Part shown: positions 37,121 to 45,999 of the stretch, piece by piece
Position numbering within the stretch: position 1 is the stretch's first letter
Layout: each line of letters starts with the position of its first letter
Assembly: GCA_944389815.1 (NCBI GenBank)
Contig: CALXNS010000064.1
Span: 810 to 64,809 of the forward strand
DNA from: an uncultured Victivallis sp.
GTDB lineage: Bacteria; Verrucomicrobiota; Lentisphaeria; Victivallales; Victivallaceae
Reading direction: 5' to 3'
Length of the DNA: 64,000 nucleotides
Made by a program: the position numbers and the translations under genes
Notes under the pieces: generated by a model
Told to the model about the DNA's origin: nothing
Database searches by the model: none
What the model saw: the letters and a program-made list of their open reading frames with translations, nothing else

Positions 37121-39580
37121 ATGCGAAAAAAACGCGCATTGCGCACTGGTATCATCGCGGCGTTTTTCTGCGGCCTGCTCCTTCTGTCGACGGCCTGCTC
37201 CGAACGCCGGAATCCGCCCCTCGATAAAATCACCGTCCTCCAGGGCGCCGATCAATGCGCGCTCCCCGGGGAAGAGTTCGCCGTGCCGCTGCGCATCGAA
37301 CTGCTCGGGCCGCGCGAACCCGGCCTTCTCGGCGGAAAAGGTTCGCGTTCTCCGGTTGTGGACGAAGAGGTCCGGTTCGTTCCGGAAGAAGGATCCGGGC
37401 TGCGGATCGAACCGCAGGCGGCCCGTTCCGACGCGGGCGGCGTGATTTCCGCCGTCGTCAGCGCCGGAAACCGCACCGGCGACCAGTACCTGAAGATCAT
37501 TCCCGAGGGTGCGCCGGAAAAAGCATTCCGCGTCCGATTCATCGTCGGCATGAAAATTTCCGGCGACGAATCGGAAAACCGCGCAGGGAAACTTGCCGAA
37601 ACCCCGCTCTCGGTCAAACTCGTCCGTGATGACGGTTCTCCCGCCGGCGGCGTACCGGTTTATTTCCGGATGCTCTCGACCGTGGAAGGCAGTTCCAGCA
37701 AAGCTGAACTTCTTTCGCCGGTCACCACGACCGACAGTTCCGGCGTCGCACAAACCCAGATCCGGCTCGGCGAAAAAACCGGCGCTTACCGCGTCGGCGT
37801 CGAAATCGCCGATCCGGAACAGGGATTCATAATCCGCGGCAAGGCGGTGCGGCTCTTCGGAACCAATTTCACCGCGGTGGTCATCGCCGTCCTCGGCGGC
37901 TTGGCGCTCTTCGTTTTCGGCATGAAACTCATGGGGGACGGCATCCTGAAGGTCGCCGGAGAAAACATGCGCAAAATCCTTCAGTTCTTCGCACGCAACG
38001 GCATCGTCGCCGTCCTCGCCGGAACGCTCGTCACCGCAGTCATTCAATCTTCCAGCGCAACGACGGTCATGGTGATCGGTTTCATCAACGCGGGCCTCCT
38101 TTCTCTGACTCAGGCGATCGGCATCATTTTCGGCGCCAACATCGGTACCACGGTCACGGCTCAGATCATTTCCTTCAATCTCTCCGGCCTTGCACTGCCC
38201 GCGATCACGATCGGATTCTTAATTACGCTCTCAAAAAAACGCATCACCCAGGGATGGGGCGAAACCATTCTCGGCTTCGGTCTGCTCTTCTTCGGCATGA
38301 ACATCATGAGCGATGAACTCAAGGTGCTCGGCGAACTGCCCAGTTTCATCGACTTCTTCAAACTCTTCGACTGCGCACCTCAGGCCGGGTCGGCGTGGAT
38401 GCCCTTCGGGGCGGTCATCGGAGCAATTTTCATCGGAGTGGTCGCCACGGTGATCATTCAATCCAGTTCGGCGGCGATGGGAATCGTCCTCGCGCTCGCC
38501 GGAAGCGGATTGATCAACTTCTACACCGCCGTCCCGCTCCTGGTCGGAACCAACATCGGAACGACCATCACCGCCATGCTCGCCGCCGCCACCGCCAACC
38601 GCGTCGCCAAACAGGCGGCGCTGGCGCACACTCTCTTCAACGTTTTCGGCGCACTGGTCATGCTCGTGCTCTTTTACGTGCCCTACGGTCCGGAACGGAT
38701 CCCGGTCTTCCTCTATTTCATCAATTCGATTACGCCGGGAGACGTCTTCGCCGCGATTCCGCAGAACATCGAACGCCACATCGCCATGGCGCACACCTTC
38801 TTCAACATCACCGTGGTCGTGCTGCTGCTGCCTTTCATCCGGCAATTCGCCACGCTCTGTTCGCGGCTGCTGCCGATCCCGCAGGACGCCAAGGTCGAAA
38901 TCAAACTCCTCGAACCCGGATTGCTCTCCACTCCATCTGTCGCCTTGAAGCAGAGCGTCAGCGCCATCCGGCTCATGGTTCAGGAGTCGTGGCGGATGGT
39001 CGACGCCGCAGTGAACCGCCACTTCCTCGGCGGAAATACCGACGAAGCGAAATACGAGGAACTCGCACGCGCCGAAGACCGGATCGATGAAATGCAGAAA
39101 AACGTCACCGATTATCTCGTGCAGATCACACGGCAGCAGTTGACCGAGCCGCAGTCCGAACTTGTGCCGTTGCTCATGCACTGCACCAACGATGCGGAAC
39201 GGATCGCCGATCATACCGAACAGATTCTTCAACTGACCACCCGGCTCTTGAAATCCGAAAAACGCATTTCCGAAGCCGGTCGCAAAGATCTCAAGAAGGT
39301 CTGGCAGCTGCTTGACGATCAGGCGCGCAACGTCATCGCCGCGCTCGGAAGCGCCAGCGCCACCGAGGTGAAGTTCGCACTGAAGGACGAACGAAAGATC
39401 AACAAGCTCGCCGACAAATATGAACAAGCTCACATCGAGCGCCTCTGCAAAGGTTCCTGTTCTCCTGCGAACGGCATCATCTTCATTGAAATGCTCGGCG
39501 AACTTGCCAAGATCGGCGACCGCCTCTCCAACATCGCCGAACGGACGCCGGAAATTCAGAAACATTACATGGAACTCTAA
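37121..39580 (+). CDS. Na/Pi cotransporter-family protein with an N-terminal lipoprotein Ig-like extension and a C-terminal PhoU-like domain
   Basis: Lipobox 'LLLSTAC'. About 240 aa with two Big-like repeats ('GVISAVVSAGNRTGDQYLKI', 'GVAQTQIRLGEKTGAYRVGV'). Transporter core 'FGMKLMGDG...AVIQSSSATTVMVIGF' and a second 'IIQSSSAAMGIVLAL'. Helical PhoU-like tail. Confidence 0.9.
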   Translation: MRKKRALRTGIIAAFFCGLLLLSTACSERRNPPLDKITVLQGADQCALPGEEFAVPLRIELLGPREPGLLGGKGSRSPVVDEEVRFVPEEGSGLRIEPQAARSDAGGVISAVVSAGNRTGDQYLKIIPEGAPEKAFRVRFIVGMKISGDESENRAGKLAETPLSVKLVRDDGSPAGGVPVYFRMLSTVEGSSSKAELLSPVTTTDSSGVAQTQIRLGEKTGAYRVGVEIADPEQGFIIRGKAVRLFGTNFTAVVIAVLGGLALFVFGMKLMGDGILKVAGENMRKILQFFARNGIVAVLAGTLVTAVIQSSSATTVMVIGFINAGLLSLTQAIGIIFGANIGTTVTAQIISFNLSGLALPAITIGFLITLSKKRITQGWGETILGFGLLFFGMNIMSDELKVLGELPSFIDFFKLFDCAPQAGSAWMPFGAVIGAIFIGVVATVIIQSSSAAMGIVLALAGSGLINFYTAVPLLVGTNIGTTITAMLAAATANRVAKQAALAHTLFNVFGALVMLVLFYVPYGPERIPVFLYFINSITPGDVFAAIPQNIERHIAMAHTFFNITVVVLLLPFIRQFATLCSRLLPIPQDAKVEIKLLEPGLLSTPSVALKQSVSAIRLMVQESWRMVDAAVNRHFLGGNTDEAKYEELARAEDRIDEMQKNVTDYLVQITRQQLTEPQSELVPLLMHCTNDAERIADHTEQILQLTTRLLKSEKRISEAGRKDLKKVWQLLDDQARNVIAALGSASATEVKFALKDERKINKLADKYEQAHIERLCKGSCSPANGIIFIEMLGELAKIGDRLSNIAERTPEIQKHYMEL

Positions 39581-39602
39581 TTGCCGGGAGTATTTCAAAT
39601 TT

Positions 39603-40448
39603 ATGCGTATTCTTTCCTTTGATGAAGTCGTTGAAGCCGTCACGCTCTTGTGCGGCAAGGCCGCCTGCGACCTGCCGCCGGATGTCCTCCGCGCGCTGGA
39701 GGACGGAGCGGCACGGGAACAAAGTGAACTCGGAAGCGAATTCTTCCGTCAGTACCGCGAAAACGCCCGCATCGCCGCGGAGGAGCGGCTTCCGCTCTGT
39801 CAGGACACCGGATTCGCGGTTTATTTCGTTGAATTCGGCGATCAGCTCCGGCTCGACCGCGGCACGGTCGATGAAGCGATCAATGCAGGTACGGCGGCGG
39901 GGTACAAAAAATATTTTCTGCGGAAATCGATCGTCGACGATCCGCTCTTCGACCGCAGAAACACCACCGACAATACGCCCGCAATCGTCCACTTGAAGAT
40001 GATTCCGGGCGACCATCTCCGAATCGTACTCGCGCCCAAGGGGGGCGGTTCGGAAAACATGAGCGCGCTTCGCATGTTGAAGCCATCCGACGGGCGTGAC
40101 GGCGTCGTCCGTTTCGCCGTCGAAACCCTGCGCGCCGCGGGCGGCAATCCCTGTCCGCCGACCATCGTCGGAATGGGAATCGGCGGCACGATGGAAATGG
40201 CGGCGCTTCTCGCGAAAAAGGCGCTGCTCCGCCCCGTCGGAGAACCCAGTCCAGACCCGCGCTACGCTGAACTTGAACGCGAAATTCTCGGTAAAATCAA
40301 CGCCACCGGCGTCGGTCCGCAGGGACTGGGAGGAGACGTCACCTCGCTTGCCGTGCATATTGAATTCCATCCCTGCCACATCGCCAGTTTGCCGGTGGCG
40401 ATCAACCTCAACTGCCATGCGGCCCGTCATGCGGAGGTGACCTTATGA
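39603..40448 (+). CDS. Fe-S hydro-lyase alpha subunit (class I fumarate hydratase / tartrate dehydratase type)
   Basis: 'LPLCQDTGFAVYFVEFG', 'KGGGSENMS' and 'CPPTIVGMGIGGT'. Confidence 0.85.
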   Translation: MRILSFDEVVEAVTLLCGKAACDLPPDVLRALEDGAAREQSELGSEFFRQYRENARIAAEERLPLCQDTGFAVYFVEFGDQLRLDRGTVDEAINAGTAAGYKKYFLRKSIVDDPLFDRRNTTDNTPAIVHLKMIPGDHLRIVLAPKGGGSENMSALRMLKPSDGRDGVVRFAVETLRAAGGNPCPPTIVGMGIGGTMEMAALLAKKALLRPVGEPSPDPRYAELEREILGKINATGVGPQGLGGDVTSLAVHIEFHPCHIASLPVAINLNCHAARHAEVTL

Positions 40449-40984
40449 TGAAAGATGTGAAAATTTTAAATACCCCGTTGAACGAAAAAATCATCCGTTC
40501 GCTGCGCGCCGGCGACCGCGTCCGGTTGAACGGCGTGATCTGGACCGGACGCGACGCCGCCCACAAACGGCTGGTCGCCTTGCTGGACGCGGGAAAGACG
40601 CTGCCGGTCGAACTGCGCGATCAGGCCATTTATTTTGTCGGCCCCTGCCCGGCGCCTGAAGGGCGGCCGATCGGCAGTGCGGGACCGACCACCAGCGGTC
40701 GGATGGATGCGTATTCTCCGCGGCTGATCGCCGAATGCGGACTGCGCGCCATGATCGGCAAAGGAAACCGTTCCGAACAGGTGATCGAGGCGATGAAACA
40801 GTACGGCGCGGTCTATTTTGCGGCGACCGGAGGCGCGGGCGCACTGATCGCGCAGCGCATCAGGCATTGCGAACTCGTGGCGTTTCCGGAACTCGGCCCG
40901 GAAGCGATTTACAAATTGACGGTGGAGGATTTCCCGCTGGTGGTGGCGATCGATGCCGCGGGAGAATCGCTTTATCACGCATAA
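40445..40984 (+). CDS. Fe-S hydro-lyase beta subunit (class I fumarate hydratase C-terminal domain)
   Basis: 'GVIWTGRDAAHKRL', 'GPTTSGRMD' and 'MIGKGNRS'. ATGA overlap with the alpha subunit. Confidence 0.85.
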   Translation: MMKDVKILNTPLNEKIIRSLRAGDRVRLNGVIWTGRDAAHKRLVALLDAGKTLPVELRDQAIYFVGPCPAPEGRPIGSAGPTTSGRMDAYSPRLIAECGLRAMIGKGNRSEQVIEAMKQYGAVYFAATGGAGALIAQRIRHCELVAFPELGPEAIYKLTVEDFPLVVAIDAAGESLYHA

Positions 40985-40989
40985 AAGGA

Positions 40990-41017
40990 TTGATTTTTTT
41001 CACATTTCATATATATT
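40990..41017 (+). promoter_or_regulatory. Sigma70-like promoter candidate for grpE-dnaJ
   Basis: TTGATT-N16-TATATT. No CIRCE inverted repeat seen. Confidence 0.4.
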
Positions 41018-41038
41018 AATAAACTCATACCGGAAATT

Positions 41039-41734
41039 ATGATAAAGGAGTTATTTTTATATATGAAACACCATAAACACGAAGAATTCATTCCCGACAA
41101 CGATACCGAAATCAAGGTGGAATGCGACGACGGCAATGATCAGCCGAACGGCGCCGCTCCCGCCGATTCCCACGCCGAAAACGGCACGCAGAGCGAAGCT
41201 CCGAACACCGAAGATGCGGTCGTTGCGGAAGAAAAAGAGAGTGAAGTTGATAAACTTAAGCGCGAACTTGAGGAAATGCGCAACAAGTTTCTCTATCTTC
41301 AGGCAGACTATCAGAATTACCGCAAGCGCACCGCAAAGGACATCGCCGACGCGCGGGTCTACGGAGCCGCCGGCGTGCTTGAACCCTTCCTGACGGTCTA
41401 CGATTTTTTGAATATGGCCAAAGCGGCAGCGGAAAAATCCGACAATATCGAATCCATTCGCCAGGGGTTGAACATGATTCTCGGCGAATACGTCAAGGCG
41501 TTGGATGAAAACGGCGTAAAGAAAATCACCACTGTCGGCAGTAAATTCAATCCCGAACTGCATGAGGCGGTCGCCAACGAACCTTCCGATACAGTTCCGG
41601 AAGGAGAGATTCTCCGCGAATGGAGCGGCGGCTATCAATATGGTTCACGTTTGCTCCGACCCGCCCGGGTTGTGGTTTCCGCCGGCCCGGCGACTGTGTC
41701 GGAGGAAGAAGAGGACGCCGCAGACAAGGAGTAA
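41039..41734 (+). CDS. grpE: Nucleotide exchange factor GrpE
   Basis: '[18 protein letters not shown]' and 'FNPELHEAV'. Alternative start at ATG 41063, downstream of 'aaggag'. Confidence 0.9.
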   Translation: MIKELFLYMKHHKHEEFIPDNDTEIKVECDDGNDQPNGAAPADSHAENGTQSEAPNTEDAVVAEEKESEVDKLKRELEEMRNKFLYLQADYQNYRKRTAKDIADARVYGAAGVLEPFLTVYDFLNMAKAAAEKSDNIESIRQGLNMILGEYVKALDENGVKKITTVGSKFNPELHEAVANEPSDTVPEGEILREWSGGYQYGSRLLRPARVVVSAGPATVSEEEEDAADKE

Positions 41735-41742
41735 AAATTACC

Positions 41743-42897
41743 ATGGCAAAAGATTATTATGAGACGCTGGGCGTAGGACGGAACGCAACAGCGGATGAAA
41801 TAAAAAAAGCATATCGCAAACTTGCACTTAAATATCATCCGGACAAAAATCCGGGAGACAAGGCCGCAGAGGAAAAGTTCAAGGAAGTTTCGAGCGCCTA
41901 TGAAGTTCTGAGCGATCCGCAGAAGCGCTCTCAGTACGACCAGTTTGGTCATGAAGCCTACACGAGCGCCGGAGGCGCCGGCGCCGGAGGTGCGGACTTC
42001 CGCCACGCACAGGATATTTTCAGCCAGTTTTTCGGCGGCAGCTCCGGCTTCTCCTTCGAAGATCTGTTCGGCGGCTCCGGCGGCGGACAGCGGAGAACTT
42101 ACAACGGGCCGCAGGAAGGAAACGATCTGCGCTACGATCTTGAAATCGACTTCGAAGAAGCCGTCTACGGCGCCGACAAGGCGATTATGCTTCCGCGTCT
42201 GGTCGATTGTCCCGACTGCCACGGCAGCGGCTGCGAAGCCGGTTCCGGAAAAAAACGCTGCACACGTTGCGGCGGTACCGGTCAGCAAACTGTTTCGCAG
42301 GGATTTTTCAGCATTCGCCAGCCCTGCCCGGCCTGCGGCGGCACCGGAGAAATCATCGAGAAACCATGCCGCAAATGCCACGGTCAGGGACGAGTTCAGG
42401 AGAAGAAGACGCTCAAACTCCATATTCAGCCTGGCGTGGACACCGGATCGCGTCTCCGGGTCGCGGGAAAGGGCGAAGCCGGATTGCGCGGCGGCCCGCC
42501 TGGAGATTTGTACGTCGTCATCCACGTGCGCCCCAGTGCGGTGTTCGCCCGCGAGGCCGAGGATCTGATGTGCGAGGTGCCGATCGATTTCGCCACGGCG
42601 GCGGCGGGCGGCGTCGTCGAAGTGCCGACGATCTCCGGCAAGGCGAAAATGCGCGTCCCCGCCGGAACCCAGAGCGGTTCCACGCTCCGTTTGAAGGGAA
42701 AAGGCGTTCCGTCTCTCCGCGGCGCAGGACGCGGCGATCTCCTGGTGCGCGTCATCGTTGAGACGCCGACGCATCTGACGAAAGAACAGGAGGAGCTGCT
42801 CAATAAATTCAACCAGACGTTGACCGCACGGAACCGGCCGCGCTATAACGCATTCGCGGAACGCGCGAAGAATTTTCTGCGCGACGATCAGCCCTGA
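41743..42897 (+). CDS. dnaJ: Molecular chaperone DnaJ
   Basis: J-domain '[33 protein letters not shown]', a G/F-rich region and four CxxCxGxG zinc-finger repeats. Confidence 0.95.
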   Translation: MAKDYYETLGVGRNATADEIKKAYRKLALKYHPDKNPGDKAAEEKFKEVSSAYEVLSDPQKRSQYDQFGHEAYTSAGGAGAGGADFRHAQDIFSQFFGGSSGFSFEDLFGGSGGGQRRTYNGPQEGNDLRYDLEIDFEEAVYGADKAIMLPRLVDCPDCHGSGCEAGSGKKRCTRCGGTGQQTVSQGFFSIRQPCPACGGTGEIIEKPCRKCHGQGRVQEKKTLKLHIQPGVDTGSRLRVAGKGEAGLRGGPPGDLYVVIHVRPSAVFAREAEDLMCEVPIDFATAAAGGVVEVPTISGKAKMRVPAGTQSGSTLRLKGKGVPSLRGAGRGDLLVRVIVETPTHLTKEQEELLNKFNQTLTARNRPRYNAFAERAKNFLRDDQP

Positions 42898-42911
42898 GGA
42901 AGTTCGAGTCG

Positions 42912-43379
42912 ATGCCTAAAGATAAAAAATCCGATACCGGCGCGGTTCTCGCCAACAACAAAAAGGCGTTTCATGATTACAATATCATCGAACGCTTCGA
43001 GGCGGGCATCCAACTGGTCGGTACCGAGGTGAAAAGCTGCCGGATGCGCCAGATCAATCTGCAGGACGGTTATGCCCGCATTCAAAATGGGCAGGCGTTC
43101 CTGATGAATGTGCACATCGCTCCCTACGGTTTCGGCAATCGATTCAACCACAAGGCAGAGCAGCAGCGCCGGCTGCTGCTCCACCGCAGCGAAATCCTCA
43201 AGCTGGCACAATGGCTCGGCACGAAAGGCGGAACTCTCATCCCGCTGAAGTTCTATTTGAAACAGGGCCTGGTCAAGGTGGAACTCGCCTACTGCCAGGG
43301 CAAGTCCCACGCCGACCGGCGCGACACGCTGCGCCAACGTCAGAGCGACCTTGAAATGCGCCGAATGGTCAAACGCTGA
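42912..43379 (+). CDS. smpB: SsrA-binding protein
   Basis: 'NKKAFHDYNIIERFEAGIQLVGTEVKS' and 'RRLLLHRSEI'. Confidence 0.95.
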   Translation: MPKDKKSDTGAVLANNKKAFHDYNIIERFEAGIQLVGTEVKSCRMRQINLQDGYARIQNGQAFLMNVHIAPYGFGNRFNHKAEQQRRLLLHRSEILKLAQWLGTKGGTLIPLKFYLKQGLVKVELAYCQGKSHADRRDTLRQRQSDLEMRRMVKR

Positions 43380-43495
43380 GCGCGGCTGAAAGGTCGGGTG
43401 ATGAACAGCGCCGGAATCGTTCCGTCACGGGTTGATTCGGGCGCCTCTTTTCCAAGCGTCCCTGTATCGAAGTCGAACATTTTCAGTTCCGGTCG

Positions 43496-43523
43496 TTGCA
43501 AGCCGTCGATACGGTGCTATAGT
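43496..43523 (+). promoter_or_regulatory. Sigma70-like promoter candidate for the GH35 gene
   Basis: TTGCAA-N16-TATAGT, 35 nt upstream of ATG 43558. Confidence 0.4.
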
Positions 43524-43557
43524 ATTTCTCGTACCCCCCAGAACAGGAGCAACAGTC

Positions 43558-45312
43558 ATGAGCAATGTAAAAATTGAAGGCGGCGCCATCCGGATCGATG
43601 GAAAACCCACGCAGATTTTATCCGGTACCATCCATTACTTCCGCGTCCGCCCCGAACAGTGGCGCGACCGGATCGAGAAGGCGCGCATGATGGGACTCAA
43701 CACCATCGAAACCTATCTCTGCCACAATTTGCACGAACCGCATCCGGGCAAATTCGATTTCGCCGGCGGACTCGACTTCGAACACTTCCTCGATGAAGTC
43801 GCCGCCGCCGGACTTTACGCCATCGTCCGACCCGGCCCGTACATCTGTGCCGAATGGGAAAACGGCGGCCTTCCGCCATGGATTTCCGCCATTCCGGGCA
43901 TTCAACTGCGCTGCAGCAATCCGGCATTCCTGGAAGTATGCGACCGGTATCTCAATGAGGTTCTGCCCCGGCTGCGCAAACACCTCGCCACCGCCGGCGG
44001 TCCGGTCATCGCCATGCAGATCGAAAATGAATACGGCAGTTTCGGCAATGACAAAAAATATCTGAACCATTTGCGCGATCTTTTCCTCGCCAATCAAATC
44101 GACGTGCCGCTCTTCACCTCCGACGGCCCGAGCGACTGGATGATTCAGGGCGGAACATTGCCCGATGTTTTCCAGACGCTGAACTTCGGCAGCGATGCCG
44201 AAAACGCGTTCGCATCCGGCCGCAAATACCGCCCGGAGGGACCGGATTTCTGCATGGAATTCTGGAACGGATGGTTCGATCACTGGGGAGAAGAACATCA
44301 TACCCGCCCCGCCGACGACGCGGCCGATACACTCGATTCAATCATTAAAAACGGCGGATCGGTCAATTTCTTCGTTTTCTGTGGCGGAACGAATTTCGGC
44401 TTCATGGCCGGAGCAAACGGCAACGGCGACCGTCCGGGAGATTATGCCCCGACCGTCACCAGTTACGATTACGACGGGCCGTTGAGTGAAGCCGGCGACC
44501 CGACGGAGAAATTCTTCGCGTTTCAGTCCGTGATCCGCAAATATCATCCCGACCACCCCTTCGGGAAACCCGTTCCCTCCCCCAAGGCCGCTTACGGCGC
44601 TGTCCCGCTCCGCTGGAGCGCCCCGCTTCTCGGAGAACTCGACCGCCTCGCAGAACGGCGCGATTTCCTGAAACCACCGACCATGGAGGAGTGCGGCCAG
44701 AGTTACGGCTTCATCCATTACCGCACGCACCTGAACGGCCCCTTCAGCGAGCCGCTCTATTTCCCGGAAGTCCGTGACCGGGTGATGGCGTTCCTCGACG
44801 GCCGTTATCTCGGCACGGTTTACCGCAACGACGATTCACGCAGAATCCCGCTGACCGTCCCCGACGGCGGCGGCGTGCTCGATCTCCTCGTGGAGAACAC
44901 CGGGCGCATCAATTACGGTCCGCTGGTCGGACGCGATCAGAAAGGGTTGCCCGGCGGAGTCGGCATCTGCTGGCAGCTTCAGAGCGGATTTTCCGTCTGG
45001 AATCTGGAACTGGACAACATCGACCGTGTCCGGTACGGCGCCTTCGCGGAAGCGGAAAACATCCCCGCCTTCCACAAGGGTGAATTCGAAATCGACACGC
45101 CATGCGACACATTCCTCGAATTCCCCGGGAAAAAAGGCGTCGTATGGATCAACGGCTTCAACATCGGCCGTTACTGGGAGATCGGGCCGGGCAATACGCT
45201 CTACGTTCCGGCACCGCTGTTGAAGAAGGGACGCAACGAAGTGGTCGTTCTCGAACTTCATCAATTGCGTGAAAATGCCGTTCGCTTCGTTGACGCACCG
45301 AATCTGGGGTAA
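43558..45312 (+). CDS. GH35 beta-galactosidase
   Basis: 'GTIHYFRVRPEQWRDRIEKARMMGLNTIETYLCHNLHEP', 'PYICAEWENGGLP' and 'QIENEYG' (GH35 catalytic acid/base region). ATG 43558 lies inside the longer ORF. Confidence 0.9.
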   Translation: MSNVKIEGGAIRIDGKPTQILSGTIHYFRVRPEQWRDRIEKARMMGLNTIETYLCHNLHEPHPGKFDFAGGLDFEHFLDEVAAAGLYAIVRPGPYICAEWENGGLPPWISAIPGIQLRCSNPAFLEVCDRYLNEVLPRLRKHLATAGGPVIAMQIENEYGSFGNDKKYLNHLRDLFLANQIDVPLFTSDGPSDWMIQGGTLPDVFQTLNFGSDAENAFASGRKYRPEGPDFCMEFWNGWFDHWGEEHHTRPADDAADTLDSIIKNGGSVNFFVFCGGTNFGFMAGANGNGDRPGDYAPTVTSYDYDGPLSEAGDPTEKFFAFQSVIRKYHPDHPFGKPVPSPKAAYGAVPLRWSAPLLGELDRLAERRDFLKPPTMEECGQSYGFIHYRTHLNGPFSEPLYFPEVRDRVMAFLDGRYLGTVYRNDDSRRIPLTVPDGGGVLDLLVENTGRINYGPLVGRDQKGLPGGVGICWQLQSGFSVWNLELDNIDRVRYGAFAEAENIPAFHKGEFEIDTPCDTFLEFPGKKGVVWINGFNIGRYWEIGPGNTLYVPAPLLKKGRNEVVVLELHQLRENAVRFVDAPNLG

Positions 45313-45362
45313 TAAAGCAAAAAAAAGAAGAAGTTCTTCTTCCTTAACTAAATTTACTGTTG

Positions 45363-45392
45363 CGAACCACGCCGTGGAAACGGCGTGGTTCG
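45363..45392. terminator. Strong hairpin between convergent genes (candidate bidirectional terminator)
   Basis: 12-bp perfect stem 'cgaaccacgccg'/'cggcgtggttcg' with a 6-nt loop. Only a weak T tract follows. Confidence 0.5.
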
Positions 45393-45408
45393 TTCGTATC
45401 GTAAAATA

Positions 45409-45957
45409 TCAGCGCACCAGACGCGAAATCGTCCGGAATTCCGGATGCTTCGCCGTTCTGAGCCATTGGAAAAGAATCGATTCCACACTCCAGACCTGCG
45501 CACCGGCATGGCGGAAGGAGGAGAGTGCCAGCGCCGGATCGGAAGCTTTGCGGCTGGTCACTGCATCACCGGCAACCGCCACCTGAAACCCGGCGTTGAG
45601 CGCATCAAATACACTCTGCTGCACACAAACATGGGACTCAATCCCGCAGAAAAAAAGCCACTCCCGGCGCTTTGCACTGAGCACGCTCCGGAAATCGTCA
45701 TTGCCGAACACGGAGAACTCCGTCTTCGGAAGAACCGGCGTCCCCGCCGGAAGCAACGCGGTCAATTCCGGAAGCGTCGCGCCCAGCCCCTGTGGATATT
45801 GTTCGGTTACGATCACATCCACATGCAGCGCAGCGCACCCTTTCAACAGCAGCTCAATCCGGTTCAGCACCGCGTCCGCCTGATCCATCGCTCTCATCAA
45901 TCGTTCCTGGACATCCACCAGAATCAACACACTGTTTTCAATCGTCGGCAAATTCAT
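45409..45957 (-). CDS. Isochorismatase-family cysteine hydrolase
   Basis: 'LILVDVQE', 'VTEQYPQGLG' and 'CGIESHVCVQQS' (catalytic Cys context). Confidence 0.85.
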   Translation of the reverse strand: MNLPTIENSVLILVDVQERLMRAMDQADAVLNRIELLLKGCAALHVDVIVTEQYPQGLGATLPELTALLPAGTPVLPKTEFSVFGNDDFRSVLSAKRREWLFFCGIESHVCVQQSVFDALNAGFQVAVAGDAVTSRKASDPALALSSFRHAGAQVWSVESILFQWLRTAKHPEFRTISRLVR

Positions 45958-45999
45958 GGTTCCTCTTCTCCCCTTTCATCACAACTCTCGTTTTCCTCT

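Noticed and set aside
36941-38047. Upstream 369 codons of the 671-aa minus-strand ORF
   Set aside because: This part is antisense to the Na/Pi cotransporter gene. The credible protein begins at the twin-arginine signal (ATG 36940), which has an RBS.
38231-40430. 475-aa and 315-aa minus-strand ORFs
   Set aside because: Antisense to the Na/Pi cotransporter and fumarate hydratase alpha genes.
40985-41038. Search for a CIRCE heat-shock operator upstream of grpE
   Set aside because: No 'ttagcactc-N9-gagtgctaa'-like inverted repeat is present.
41635-42774. 379-aa minus-strand ORF
   Set aside because: Antisense to dnaJ.
43380-43557. Possible tmRNA (ssrA) next to smpB
   Set aside because: The intergenic space is only 178 nt. 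It shows no tRNA-like acceptor or T-arm sequence and no tag-ORF features. It contains a promoter-like element for the GH35 gene instead.
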